Part shown: in pieces, positions 8,943-17,426 of the stretch
Layout: each line of letters opens with the position of its first letter
How positions within the stretch are numbered: the stretch's first letter is position 1
NCBI GenBank assembly: GCA_030430975.1
Contig: JAUIKB010000001.1
Span: forward strand, 1 to 28,386
Source of the DNA: Polyangia bacterium
GTDB lineage: Bacteria > Myxococcota_A > Polyangia > Polyangiales > Polyangiaceae
Direction of reading: 5' to 3'
DNA: 28,386 nucleotides
Position numbers and translations under genes: made by a program
Notes under the pieces: generated by a model
Databases searched by the model: none
What the model was told of the DNA's origin: nothing
Seen by the model: only the letters and a program-made list of their open reading frames with translations

Positions 8943-10052
8943 ATGTCTCGTATCGCGCATACGCTTGGCGCCGCTACGCTCGCTGCGACGCTACTCGGCA
9001 CGACGGGTTCAGCGGCCAAGGGAACCAAGAAGCAGGCTCGGAGCTTCCTAAAACAGTTCGCCAAGGGCGCCGACAATGCCGGCCTCAAACTCACCAAGAA
9101 AGCCGCTGCTAAGTCACCCCACAGCTACCGGGTCTTCGTCGAGGCAACTCCGTTTCAGAACGCCTTCTACACGGATGAGGGCTCCCTGTACGCGCCCGCG
9201 AGCACGACCTCCACTTGGAAAACAGGCGCCTCGACCGTATCGATCGTGGAACCGTTCATCGGTGTCTCCTTACGAACCAAACGCTGGGGCAAAGTCAAAC
9301 CAACGGCCAGTCAACAGGACTACTTCGACCGACTCGCAAAACTGAGCGACAAGCAAGTCAACAAGCTCGCAAGGCACCTGACGCGGAAGACCGAACTGGT
9401 TCGCTACACTCTCGATAGCGACGGCAGCGGCACCGTCGACGCCACGGATCGGAAGTCGACTGCGTCGGCGGCATCCAAAGCGACCGACGACTTCGCGATG
9501 CTCAGGTTCGTGTACGGGACTGAATTGGTTGACGGCGTCCCCAAGGCCAAGACTCAGTCGTCCACCCTGGCGACCGGCATTGCGTTACCCCTGGACGAAA
9601 CCGACGACGACGCGGCCAAGGCCGTGCCGGTGTTTAGCTACCGGCTGTCCGAGCGGTTTTTGCAGTTCGACCTCAACAATGACGGCGACACCGAAGACGT
9701 GCTCTTGTTCGGCGATAGCGATTCCAGCGGGTCGCTCAACGCAACCGAAGCGACCGCTGTTTTTAAGACCGGACTCAGCAAAACGCCCGACCTGACGGAC
9801 AACTTGGATGTCGACGGGCGCTTCAAGGCCGGCGACGGAACGTCGTCGCTGCTGGAACGCGTCAAGGCTGCTAACGACAAGTTCGACACCAACGCAGCGA
9901 AGCTCTTCATCCGCAGTGGCATCGTGCGGGTAAGCGTGAGCGTGACGATCGAATACAAGTCAAAGAAGCGAAAGGCCTGGGTTCGTCAGACACTTCAGGG
10001 TTCGGCGGACTTCCGCAACTCGCTGCTGCGGCTGCTCGGGATGCAGAAGTAG
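8943..10052 (+). CDS. Secreted hypothetical protein with several EF-hand/DxDxDG-like calcium-binding loops
   Basis: Signal-peptide-like N-terminus MSRIAHTLGAATLAATLLGTTGSAA. Loops DSDGSGTVDATD, DLNNDGDTED, DSDSSGSLNATE. ATG 8943 is preferred over 8931 because TG-g-CATGCT-N7-ATG fits an extended -10. Confidence 0.6.
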   Translation: MSRIAHTLGAATLAATLLGTTGSAAKGTKKQARSFLKQFAKGADNAGLKLTKKAAAKSPHSYRVFVEATPFQNAFYTDEGSLYAPASTTSTWKTGASTVSIVEPFIGVSLRTKRWGKVKPTASQQDYFDRLAKLSDKQVNKLARHLTRKTELVRYTLDSDGSGTVDATDRKSTASAASKATDDFAMLRFVYGTELVDGVPKAKTQSSTLATGIALPLDETDDDAAKAVPVFSYRLSERFLQFDLNNDGDTEDVLLFGDSDSSGSLNATEATAVFKTGLSKTPDLTDNLDVDGRFKAGDGTSSLLERVKAANDKFDTNAAKLFIRSGIVRVSVSVTIEYKSKKRKAWVRQTLQGSADFRNSLLRLLGMQK

Positions 10053-10101
10053 CGGGCTGTCTCGCGCGGTCTTGTCGCGGCGCGGAGCGGGACGCCTGGC
10101 G

Positions 10102-10155
10102 GCAACGACTGTCGGCTGTGGCTACCGACTGTAGACGGCAGCTACGACTGTAGAC
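10102..10155. repeat. Three degenerate direct repeats (core CGACTGT, period 19-20 nt) at a convergent gene junction
   Basis: GCAACGACTGTCGGC (10102), GCTACCGACTGTAGAC (10121), GCTACGACTGTAGAC (10141). The last copy encodes the final codons and stop of the vWA gene. Confidence 0.75.
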
Positions 10156-11422
10156 ACCCGAGTTCCAGCTCAAGCTTGCCGGCCTGATCCGCCTGCACGG
10201 TGCTGCAGCTGTTGGGGCACAACAGCACGCGCGTCGGCGCCGCGGGATTGTCGTAGTAGTAACCGTCGCCGCCAGCGCATGCGGCCTGGTTGGCTACTTG
10301 GTTATAGAACACTGGCGTTCCTGTGCCCATCGGCGTGTACTTGACCTTAACCGCGTTGTAGTCGATCACGCCGCCCATGACAGTCGGGATAATCAGCTCG
10401 CACGCAACCGCCTGAATCACGTTGTTCGCGATGTTTGTGAAGACGGTTGAGTAGTTGCTGTCGCACACCGGATGCCGCAAGCCTCCGCTCGCGATGCTCA
10501 GCTCCTGATACTGTGGTCCCGTATTCACGGCGCTTGAACACTTCGAATTGGTCACGGCAGCGGTGGGGGGCAGCGGCGTGTTGACTCCGACGATCGAGTG
10601 GAAGATGTAGTTTGGCTGCGCCTGGGTCCCAAGCAGGCCGCTCGCCGTGGCGGACGTGAGCCACGTCTGGAAGGCAGACGAACTCACCTGCGACCTGTCG
10701 TCGGTCACTTCGACGAAGACCTTCAGCGCGGCTTGTCGAAGATGCGGCAGTACTTGAGCCGTGTACCTGCTCTGAAACAGAGATAGCGAATCCCGACGCT
10801 CGACGTGCTGGTTCACGTGAAAGAACCTGGGCGGGTTGTCAGCCCCGCAACTGCTGCCTCCGAGGGGCGCGTTGACGCACACCGGATACTGGCCGGTCGA
10901 GCCCGCAAACATGATCACTCGGTAGTCGAGGCCGCTGCCGCCGATGATCGTAGCGAAATTGTTGTTGATGTTGCTGCGGACCTGAGTGATCTCGGCGTTC
11001 ATCGAACAGGACTGATCGATGATCCAAATGATATCGACCGGCGGAGAAATCGCCTCTGCCGTAACCGACGCGCAGGCGTCCGGCTCGGGCACGTCACCGT
11101 CGTAAGTGAACTCGACGTCCGGCAGGCCGGAGTCTTGCACGGTGCCGCCGGTACTCGTCGTGCCCGCGGTGGACGTCCCCGCTTGGCCGCCCTTGCCGCC
11201 CGTGGTCGTGCCCCCGGTGCCGGCTCCGCCGATCGAGCTGGTCCCGGCCGTGGCTCCCACGCCGGCCTTGCCGCCATCACCGCCGGTCGCACCGCCTGCT
11301 CCGGACCCGCCGCCGACGGGACCACCGCCCGAGCCCGCGTTGCCGCCGCCGCCCGTCGAACAAGCGAACGCGAAGGCCGCGCCCAGTGAGAAAAGCCCAG
11401 CGTACTTAATCGAGTTCGCCAC
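10142..11422 (-). CDS. Myxobacterial vWA-domain lipoprotein with Gly/Thr-rich linker and Cys-rich C-terminal domain
   Basis: GTG 11422 gives the lipoprotein signal VANSIKYAGLFSLGAAFAFA-C. A Gly-rich linker follows, then the MIDAS motif DIIWIIDQSCSM, later VFVEVTDD, and the C-terminal YYYDNPAAPTRVLLCPNSC...LELGC. The track start at 11542 would overlap the upstream gene. Confidence 0.85.
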   Translation of the reverse strand: MANSIKYAGLFSLGAAFAFACSTGGGGNAGSGGGPVGGGSGAGGATGGDGGKAGVGATAGTSSIGGAGTGGTTTGGKGGQAGTSTAGTTSTGGTVQDSGLPDVEFTYDGDVPEPDACASVTAEAISPPVDIIWIIDQSCSMNAEITQVRSNINNNFATIIGGSGLDYRVIMFAGSTGQYPVCVNAPLGGSSCGADNPPRFFHVNQHVERRDSLSLFQSRYTAQVLPHLRQAALKVFVEVTDDRSQVSSSAFQTWLTSATASGLLGTQAQPNYIFHSIVGVNTPLPPTAAVTNSKCSSAVNTGPQYQELSIASGGLRHPVCDSNYSTVFTNIANNVIQAVACELIIPTVMGGVIDYNAVKVKYTPMGTGTPVFYNQVANQAACAGGDGYYYDNPAAPTRVLLCPNSCSTVQADQAGKLELELGCLQS

Positions 11423-11428
11423 GAGCCT

Positions 11429-11434
11429 AGGATA
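11429..11434 (-). promoter_or_regulatory. Putative -10 box (TATCCT), 6 nt before GTG 11422
   Basis: TANNNT-N6-GTG on the minus strand. A GGAG lies just upstream of the box, so a leadered start cannot be excluded. Confidence 0.45.
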
Positions 11435-11475
11435 CTCCGGTCCATCCCCGCCGCTAGCAGATTCAACGCTGCAGA

Positions 11476-13602
11476 CTACCGTAGAACGTGGACATGTACG
11501 GGAGAGCGCTCTAATCGACACCGCGCATCGCGCTTTTGACACGCCAGACGAATCGACGACGCCGCGTCTGGAGCGCGGTGGCGCAAGTACGCCGAGAGTG
11601 CGGTTTGGGCTTCTGGCGCACCCAGCGCGGCCAGCGACGTCGCTTGCGCGCGCAACAGGGCTTCGGATCGCGGGTTAACTCGGAGCCCGGCGATCGCAGC
11701 GTTCAGCGCGCCGCCCGGTCGGCCCGCGCTGCCCAGCGCCGTAGCAAGCTCACCGAGCAGCCGATGATCCGAGGTCCCGGTTCCGACAGCGCGCCGCAGC
11801 CAACTTGACGCTTCCGGCCACCGCCACACCCGCGCCATCGCACGCCCGACAACCCGCAGCAGCGCTGGATGACCCGGCAAGAGCGCTAGCCCAGCCTCCG
11901 CGAGCTGTTTCGCCTCATACGGGCGCCCGTGATCGGCTGCGAGTTTAGCTAGCCCCCACAGAGCCATCGCTTCGCCGCGTGCATCGCCTCGCTTGCGCAT
12001 CGCCTGCCGAGCGGCTGTCAGGCTTGGCCGAGCCTGTTCAAGCGTTTCCTGAAGCCCGTGCAGCAGGCCGACTCCGTGCTCCAGCAGCACACGCGGATCA
12101 GGCGCCCCATCGTCGGCTCCCCCGATTGTCGTGCGCACGTCGGCAATCGTCGTTTCGGGCTGGGGCGGACACGGGTCCAACGCCGCTTTCGCTGCGCGGC
12201 GCTTTCTCGCGTCGCGGCACGCCGCCCGCTGCATGGCCGGGCTTCGAGACCGATGAACGATGCGAGCTCGAATCGTGATGGGGGCGACCGGTTCACGTTG
12301 GTCCGGGACGATAAAACGGTAGCGAATCACGCGGCTATCCCGCGCAGGAATCGCCGTGTTGTAGACGATGGCCGCCGCGTCTGCCGTCTCGTGCTCGTGC
12401 AGGATCACGCCATCCTTATCCGCAAGCCCCGCTTCAAACCGGTGGGCGACACGCCCCACGGATCCTGCCAGGCGCTTACCTTGCGCGTCCACGAGTTCGA
12501 CCTCTAGGCGGGTATCTTGAATATCTAGGACGCCACCTGGGAAGCGATGACCGACACGGCGATTGTGCACGACGACGTCGATCGTAGCCTCGTCCCCGGG
12601 AGTAAGCCCGACGCGCGTCGGCAGCCACCTGGATTGCCCGTCCACCTCGACGCGGACGATATGCAGGTCGACGACACCTTTGAGCGCGCGGGCAATCCGC
12701 GCCTGCCGGTCGGCGTCGCCGCGCATCTGCGCAAGCCACGTGTGGCCTGCGAGAAACTCGTGGGATTTGACCTTCCCGTCAGTTGCAGCCGAGTCCGCCA
12801 ACTCGGCGGCAATCGTCGGCATGTGACAATCGACGCAAGAACGCTTCTCGACTGGCCAATCCACTCGACTCGACAAGGCCCCGGCGTACGCTGACACCTG
12901 CCACTGATCGACGTCACCGACCCCGGTGAGTTGCCGCTCCGGTTTCGGAAGAAACCCTCGATGGCAACCTAGACACAGCGATTGCGTCTTGATCGGCGCA
13001 GGCCGCACTGCACGCTTGTGAGCGGCCGTTGAATTCGGCTTGCTCGCCACCGGCAGCACCAGCGGTTCAGACCCGATTGTGTAACTTCCATTCCCGTCAG
13101 CGGTGGCGTCCACGGCGCCATGGCAGATTCGACAGCTCACCCCTGCATCGCGACGCGGGTCTTCAGCACGGATGGCCGTGTCCATGGCGCCATCGAGTTG
13201 AAGCGCCGGGTCGTGACAGCCTCCGCAGTGGCGGCTTTGTTTCGCGCCGACCGAGGCTCGCAAATGATCGACGTTCGTCCGATAGACCGGGTTGTTGAAC
13301 GTCGCAAACGCATGACTGCTCGCTCGCCACTGCTCGGCCGTCGCAGCGTGACATCGCGCGCAATCATCCACTCGGGCGAGGTCGTGACCCGTCACAGACC
13401 CTTCGCTCAACCGAGACTGCGACGGCGGCCGGTCGCCGCGCTCGCGCGGAACCAGCGCTGATGGCAGCGCTGCACCTGTCGATGGCCGGCTCGATGCGGA
13501 CGCCGCGGGCGGATGCGGCTTTGGACGCGGCGGATCGCACGCGATGAAGGCCCCTATCCCGACTGGGATGAACCAGAGGATGTCACGCGCCGCTACGATC
13601 AC
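11476..13602 (-). CDS. Multiheme (5 x CxxCH) c-type cytochrome lipoprotein with C-terminal TPR repeats
   Basis: CARCH, CGGCH, CRICH, CLGCH, CVDCH(MP). c554-like pattern C-x-x-CH-x5-QW-x-x-SSHA and a VGHRFPGG motif. N-terminal hydrophobic stretch ending GAFIA-C followed by a Pro/Ser linker. Helical TPR-like repeats occupy the last ~200 aa. Confidence 0.88.
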   Translation of the reverse strand: MIVAARDILWFIPVGIGAFIACDPPRPKPHPPAASASSRPSTGAALPSALVPRERGDRPPSQSRLSEGSVTGHDLARVDDCARCHAATAEQWRASSHAFATFNNPVYRTNVDHLRASVGAKQSRHCGGCHDPALQLDGAMDTAIRAEDPRRDAGVSCRICHGAVDATADGNGSYTIGSEPLVLPVASKPNSTAAHKRAVRPAPIKTQSLCLGCHRGFLPKPERQLTGVGDVDQWQVSAYAGALSSRVDWPVEKRSCVDCHMPTIAAELADSAATDGKVKSHEFLAGHTWLAQMRGDADRQARIARALKGVVDLHIVRVEVDGQSRWLPTRVGLTPGDEATIDVVVHNRRVGHRFPGGVLDIQDTRLEVELVDAQGKRLAGSVGRVAHRFEAGLADKDGVILHEHETADAAAIVYNTAIPARDSRVIRYRFIVPDQREPVAPITIRARIVHRSRSPAMQRAACRDARKRRAAKAALDPCPPQPETTIADVRTTIGGADDGAPDPRVLLEHGVGLLHGLQETLEQARPSLTAARQAMRKRGDARGEAMALWGLAKLAADHGRPYEAKQLAEAGLALLPGHPALLRVVGRAMARVWRWPEASSWLRRAVGTGTSDHRLLGELATALGSAGRPGGALNAAIAGLRVNPRSEALLRAQATSLAALGAPEAQTALSAYLRHRAPDAASSIRLACQKRDARCRLERSPVHVHVLR

Positions 13603-15235
13603 GCCGTCGATACAATGCAGCCAACCCTAGGAGCCCCGCCCAACCGCCGAACGCGAGGTGGCGCCCTGGCGCTCCGACCGCGCACGCGCCGCACCCCGAC
13701 TGCTCGGTCTGACCGGAGCTGCCGGAAGTCTGTTCGTTCACAGCGGGTACCTTCGGCACTTCCGAGGGCACTGCCGGCTTTGACACCTGGATTCCCAGTT
13801 CCGGTACGGACTGATTCACATGCTTGGCGAGCTGAATCGCACCCCGCGGCGCAAACGCGAGATCGGTGGCCGCGGCTGGGCGACTCGTCGAGCCGCTGGG
13901 TGGTCCGCCCCAGACGCCGCGACGCGGGTTGTCGCAAGCGATGGGTCCTTTCCAAGGATGCCTAATGATATACCTCGCCTGGAAGTTGTTGCGCGATGCT
14001 GGCTGGGCACCTTCTTCGAGCTGCCCGCCCGCAGACTTGCGATGCTCCCGACCGCCGCTGATGGCCGGCGCTTCGCGAAATACCAGGTCCTCTTTGAGGG
14101 ACGCCTTGTCGTAGCGAACGTGTAGACGAGTCAGGACGAAGCCGCCCCCCGGTCGGCGCCGGCCACTGGGACTCGGCCTCCTGACGCGATCGGAGAGCGG
14201 CACGGCCGCCCCGGTCTTTGCCGGCGGCGGCGTACCATCGAGGATGTCCTTTCCGAGCGTCGCTAGCTCTTTGGGGCGCAGCGCCGGCACCGGGCAAGGA
14301 TCACACGTACTGGCGTCCCAAGCGTACTCCGTCACAACCGAGCCTGGATTCCGTTCCAACGTTTGGTCGAACAACGCCGCGTACAGTTCCCCGAACCTTC
14401 CTTTTGACGATTCCTTTAGATCGATGTTGGTGGGTATCGTTACGTTCTTGTAGTTGGCGACCTCATACCTTTTCCCACGCGCTAAAATATGAACGATCAG
14501 GTCTTGCTTGTTCTTCGCATTCAACAGCCCGAGCCGCACGGGTAGCGCAAACTTGTCCGAATCATAGTAGAACCGCAGCGGAGACAGTTCAGCCTGCCCC
14601 GCCTTGAACGTCACTTTCTCAGGATTGACCTTGGCCACGAAGAACTTCATGCCCTGCTTTACATACGGCTGGAGCACAGGTTCCGCGCCGTCCGGAATCG
14701 CGTAGTCGTTCTGTTTCAGCCAGGTGTCCAAGCCGCTTGAGTCCTTAGCGCTTAGGATGACGATGTCGTACTCGCCGACCTCGAACTGGGCTTCGATCTT
14801 CACCCCTAAATCCGCGCCGCTGCCGCCGCCCGGCGTCGCCGCCATGGGCGCCGGACGCGGCATCGAGCCGCTCCGCTTGAAGCGCATCCGAGGCCGACAC
14901 GGGTCTTGCTCCCAGTACTCGACCATTCTCGGTGCAGCTAGCTTGTCCAGGCGATCAAACACGGCGTTGTTGAGCGTCTTGACGTTTTCCTTCTGCAGGA
15001 CGACGGGGACGGGAACGACCATCGCGAACTTGGCCGCGGGACCCTGATAGTTGTTTTGCATCGACAGCACGGTGCGCGTGCCGTCTCGCATCATCGCCAC
15101 CATCGTCGCATTGTTGAACAGCTTGGCGTCGGCACCGCCGACGTAGAAGCCACAAAAGGCGCTTGCTTCTGCCGGCGCGAGCATACAGAGCGCGGCGCCC
15201 GCGGCTAGGACGTGGTGGGCGAAGAGTCGTTTCAT
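13583..15235 (-). CDS. DUF2330-family surface protein with MYXO-CTERM sorting signal (paralog 1)
   Basis: Signal peptide ending ASA-FCGFYV. Motifs SMQNNYQGP, FAMVVPVP, APRMVEYWEQDPC, MKFFVAKV, LPVRLGLLNA, VVTEYAW. C-terminal GCGAC + hydrophobic helix + RRR. Confidence 0.85.
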   Translation of the reverse strand: MKRLFAHHVLAAGAALCMLAPAEASAFCGFYVGGADAKLFNNATMVAMMRDGTRTVLSMQNNYQGPAAKFAMVVPVPVVLQKENVKTLNNAVFDRLDKLAAPRMVEYWEQDPCRPRMRFKRSGSMPRPAPMAATPGGGSGADLGVKIEAQFEVGEYDIVILSAKDSSGLDTWLKQNDYAIPDGAEPVLQPYVKQGMKFFVAKVNPEKVTFKAGQAELSPLRFYYDSDKFALPVRLGLLNAKNKQDLIVHILARGKRYEVANYKNVTIPTNIDLKESSKGRFGELYAALFDQTLERNPGSVVTEYAWDASTCDPCPVPALRPKELATLGKDILDGTPPPAKTGAAVPLSDRVRRPSPSGRRRPGGGFVLTRLHVRYDKASLKEDLVFREAPAISGGREHRKSAGGQLEEGAQPASRNNFQARYIIRHPWKGPIACDNPRRGVWGGPPSGSTSRPAAATDLAFAPRGAIQLAKHVNQSVPELGIQVSKPAVPSEVPKVPAVNEQTSGSSGQTEQSGCGACAVGAPGRHLAFGGWAGLLGLAALYRRRDRSGA

Positions 15236-15237
15236 GG

Positions 15238-16974
15238 CTAGGTCAGACGCTCGGGCGCACGATTCGATCTACGAACTCGCCGACGAAGTCGGCGCCCTAT
15301 CAGTAAACTGAGGCCAAACATTCCCCAAGGAACCGACTTGCTCGGCTCGCTGGGCGAACCTATCCGACACGCGCCACAACCCGACCCATCCGACCTGGTG
15401 CTCGGCGCAGCGGTTTTGGCTACCTGTTTGGGTTCTGGCTTCGGCGTCACCTGAATTCCGAGTTCGGGCACGCTGGTGTTCACGTGCTTCGCCAGCTGAA
15501 GCGCGCCACGCTTGGCAAACGCCAAGTCGGTTGCGGCCTTGGGGTTGGATCTCTGTCCGCTGGGAGGGCCACCCCACACACCCCGCACCGGATTCTTGCA
15601 CTCGATCGGGCCCTTCCATGGGTGCCGAATGATGTACCGCGCTTGAAAGTTATTCCGCGAGGCTGGTGTGGAGCCCTCTTCGAGACGACCGTTTCGCTTC
15701 ACTTCACGGCCGCCCGTGATCGGCTTCGCTTCGCGGAACACCAGGTCCTCTTTGAGCGACGTCTTGTCATAGCGGGCGTGGATACGCGTGAGCACAAACG
15801 ACCGGAACCGGCGGCGCAGAGCGGGCACGCGGCGCGGCTTGGCGACGCTGATCTTGTCCGCCATTCCTGCGGGCGGCGGCACCCTGGACTTGCCCAGCTT
15901 CAGTCTATCGGACAGCTTGAGCGCCGAGGCGGCGGGAGCAGGCGTGCTGCCGGGGGTCAGCGATTGGCCAGCGGGCAAATCCAAGATGTCTTGCCCGAGC
16001 GACATGAGCTCTCCTCGGTTGAGCGCCGGCACCGGACAGGGGTCACAAGTGCCAGCATCCCAAGAGTACTCGGTCACCACCGACCCGGGGTTCTTCTCAA
16101 GCGTCTGGTCGAACAGAGCGGCGTAGAGTTCGCCAAAGCGTGGCTTCGATTCCTCCTTGACCTCGATATTCGTCGGGATCGTCACGTTCTTATAGTTCGC
16201 GACTTCGTAGCGCTTCGAGGGAGCGAGGATATGCACGATCAGGTCCTGCTTGTCCTTTGCATTGAGCAAGCCGAGCCGAACGGGCAGCGTGAATTTTTCT
16301 GAATCGTAATGAAAACGGAGCGGTGACAACTTGGCTTGCCCGTTCTTGAACACGACCTTTTCGGGATTGATCTTAGCGACAAAAAACTTCATCCCGTCCT
16401 TGACGTAGGGTCGCAGCACTTCCTCAGCACCTGATGGGATCGCGTATTCGTTTTGCTTCAGCCACGTCTCGAGCCCCGACGAATCCTTCGCGCTCAGGAT
16501 AACGATCTCGTACTCGCCGACGTCGAACTGCGCCTCGATCTTCACTCCCAACCCCCCACCCTTGGACTTGCGAGCCCCACCTGGGGCCGCCGCCATAGCC
16601 GCACTTTCGCCTTCGTCTTCGGGAGCCTCGAGCTGCCTGCACGGATCCTGCTCCCAGTACTCGACCAGACGTGGTGCGGCCAGCTGGTCAAGGCGCGAAA
16701 AAACCTCGTCCTTCAGCGTCTTCACGTTGTCTTTTTGCAGCACGACCGGCACCGGAATGACCATGGCAAACTTCGAAGCCGGCCCTTGGTAGTTGTTCTG
16801 CATCGACAACACCGTGCGGGTGCCGTCGCGCATCATCGCAACCATGGTGGCGTTGTTGAACAACTTGGCGTCGTCTCCTCCAACGTAGAAACCGCAGAAC
16901 GCCTCCGCGTCACGTTCCACGGATGTAACGGCCAGTGCGCAGAGCAATGCTGCTGAGAATAAATGACGCTTCAT
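15238..16974 (-). CDS. DUF2330-family surface protein with MYXO-CTERM sorting signal (paralog 2)
   Basis: Signal peptide ending AEA-FCGFYV. Same core motifs as paralog 1. C-terminal GCGAC...WGMFGLSLLIGRRLRRR. Its stop lies 2 nt from the start of paralog 1. Confidence 0.85.
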   Translation of the reverse strand: MKRHLFSAALLCALAVTSVERDAEAFCGFYVGGDDAKLFNNATMVAMMRDGTRTVLSMQNNYQGPASKFAMVIPVPVVLQKDNVKTLKDEVFSRLDQLAAPRLVEYWEQDPCRQLEAPEDEGESAAMAAAPGGARKSKGGGLGVKIEAQFDVGEYEIVILSAKDSSGLETWLKQNEYAIPSGAEEVLRPYVKDGMKFFVAKINPEKVVFKNGQAKLSPLRFHYDSEKFTLPVRLGLLNAKDKQDLIVHILAPSKRYEVANYKNVTIPTNIEVKEESKPRFGELYAALFDQTLEKNPGSVVTEYSWDAGTCDPCPVPALNRGELMSLGQDILDLPAGQSLTPGSTPAPAASALKLSDRLKLGKSRVPPPAGMADKISVAKPRRVPALRRRFRSFVLTRIHARYDKTSLKEDLVFREAKPITGGREVKRNGRLEEGSTPASRNNFQARYIIRHPWKGPIECKNPVRGVWGGPPSGQRSNPKAATDLAFAKRGALQLAKHVNTSVPELGIQVTPKPEPKQVAKTAAPSTRSDGSGCGACRIGSPSEPSKSVPWGMFGLSLLIGRRLRRRVRRSNRAPERLT

Positions 16975-17420
16975 CGTGAGGCCTTCTTGGTGGATCGACC
17001 CGAACTCGCCGTGCGACGCTTTCGAGGCAGCGGGGGTGGCTTCGCCTTCCGTCGCTTCGGAGGCGACGCTGGTCGGGGCGGCTTAGCAGCCGCTGTCGTC
17101 GTGGACCTTGCTGCTGCGGTCGCGCGAATACGCTTGTTAGCCGGTGCCGCCTTTGCCTTGGCGGCAGCAGACTTCGGGCCGGAGCGAGCGCGAGGTTTCG
17201 CGGCTTTCGCTGATGTGCGTCGACGCGGCTTGCTGACCGGCACAAAGGATATGCCCGCGCCCACTTTGAGTCCGGCGATGTCTCGCTCGTAAGCCTCGTG
17301 AATCAGCGCCTTGAGCAGCTGGGTCTTGGTTACGCCTTTGGCCACGGCCAGCTGCTTGAGCATCGCAACTTCGTGCTTGCTCAGCGTGACCCGCGGACGA
17401 CTTGCTCCCTTCGTCGGCAT
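16971..17420 (-). CDS. Ribbon-helix-helix (CopG/MetJ/Arc-like) DNA-binding protein with a Lys/Arg/Ala/Pro-rich histone-H1-like tail
   Basis: ATG 17420 (149 aa). RPRVTLSKHEVAMLKQLAVAKGVTKTQLLKALIHEAY fits the RHH pattern. The last ~100 aa contain no Asp or Glu. The stop overlaps the next ATG (ATGA), and third codon positions are GC-biased. Confidence 0.7.
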   Translation of the reverse strand: MPTKGASRPRVTLSKHEVAMLKQLAVAKGVTKTQLLKALIHEAYERDIAGLKVGAGISFVPVSKPRRRTSAKAAKPRARSGPKSAAAKAKAAPANKRIRATAAARSTTTAAAKPPRPASPPKRRKAKPPPLPRKRRTASSGRSTKKASR

Positions 17421-17426
17421 GCGGCG

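Noticed and set aside
10102-10155. Possible mini-CRISPR
   Set aside because: Repeats are only ~15 nt, degenerate, with ~4-nt gaps, and no cas genes are present.
11160-11360. GGC/GGT/ACC-rich low-complexity DNA (similar tract at ~21120-21240)
   Set aside because: Explained by the Gly/Thr-rich linkers typical of myxobacterial lipoproteins; not an independent repeat element.
11423-11542. Longer N-terminus for the vWA lipoprotein as given in the ORF track
   Set aside because: It would overlap the cytochrome gene and bury the lipoprotein signal; GTG 11422 gives a clean signal peptide and a -10 box.
15484-16302. 272-aa + strand ORF, and similar antisense ORFs over the DUF2330 genes
   Set aside because: Antisense shadows of well-supported genes; stop codons are rare in high-GC DNA.
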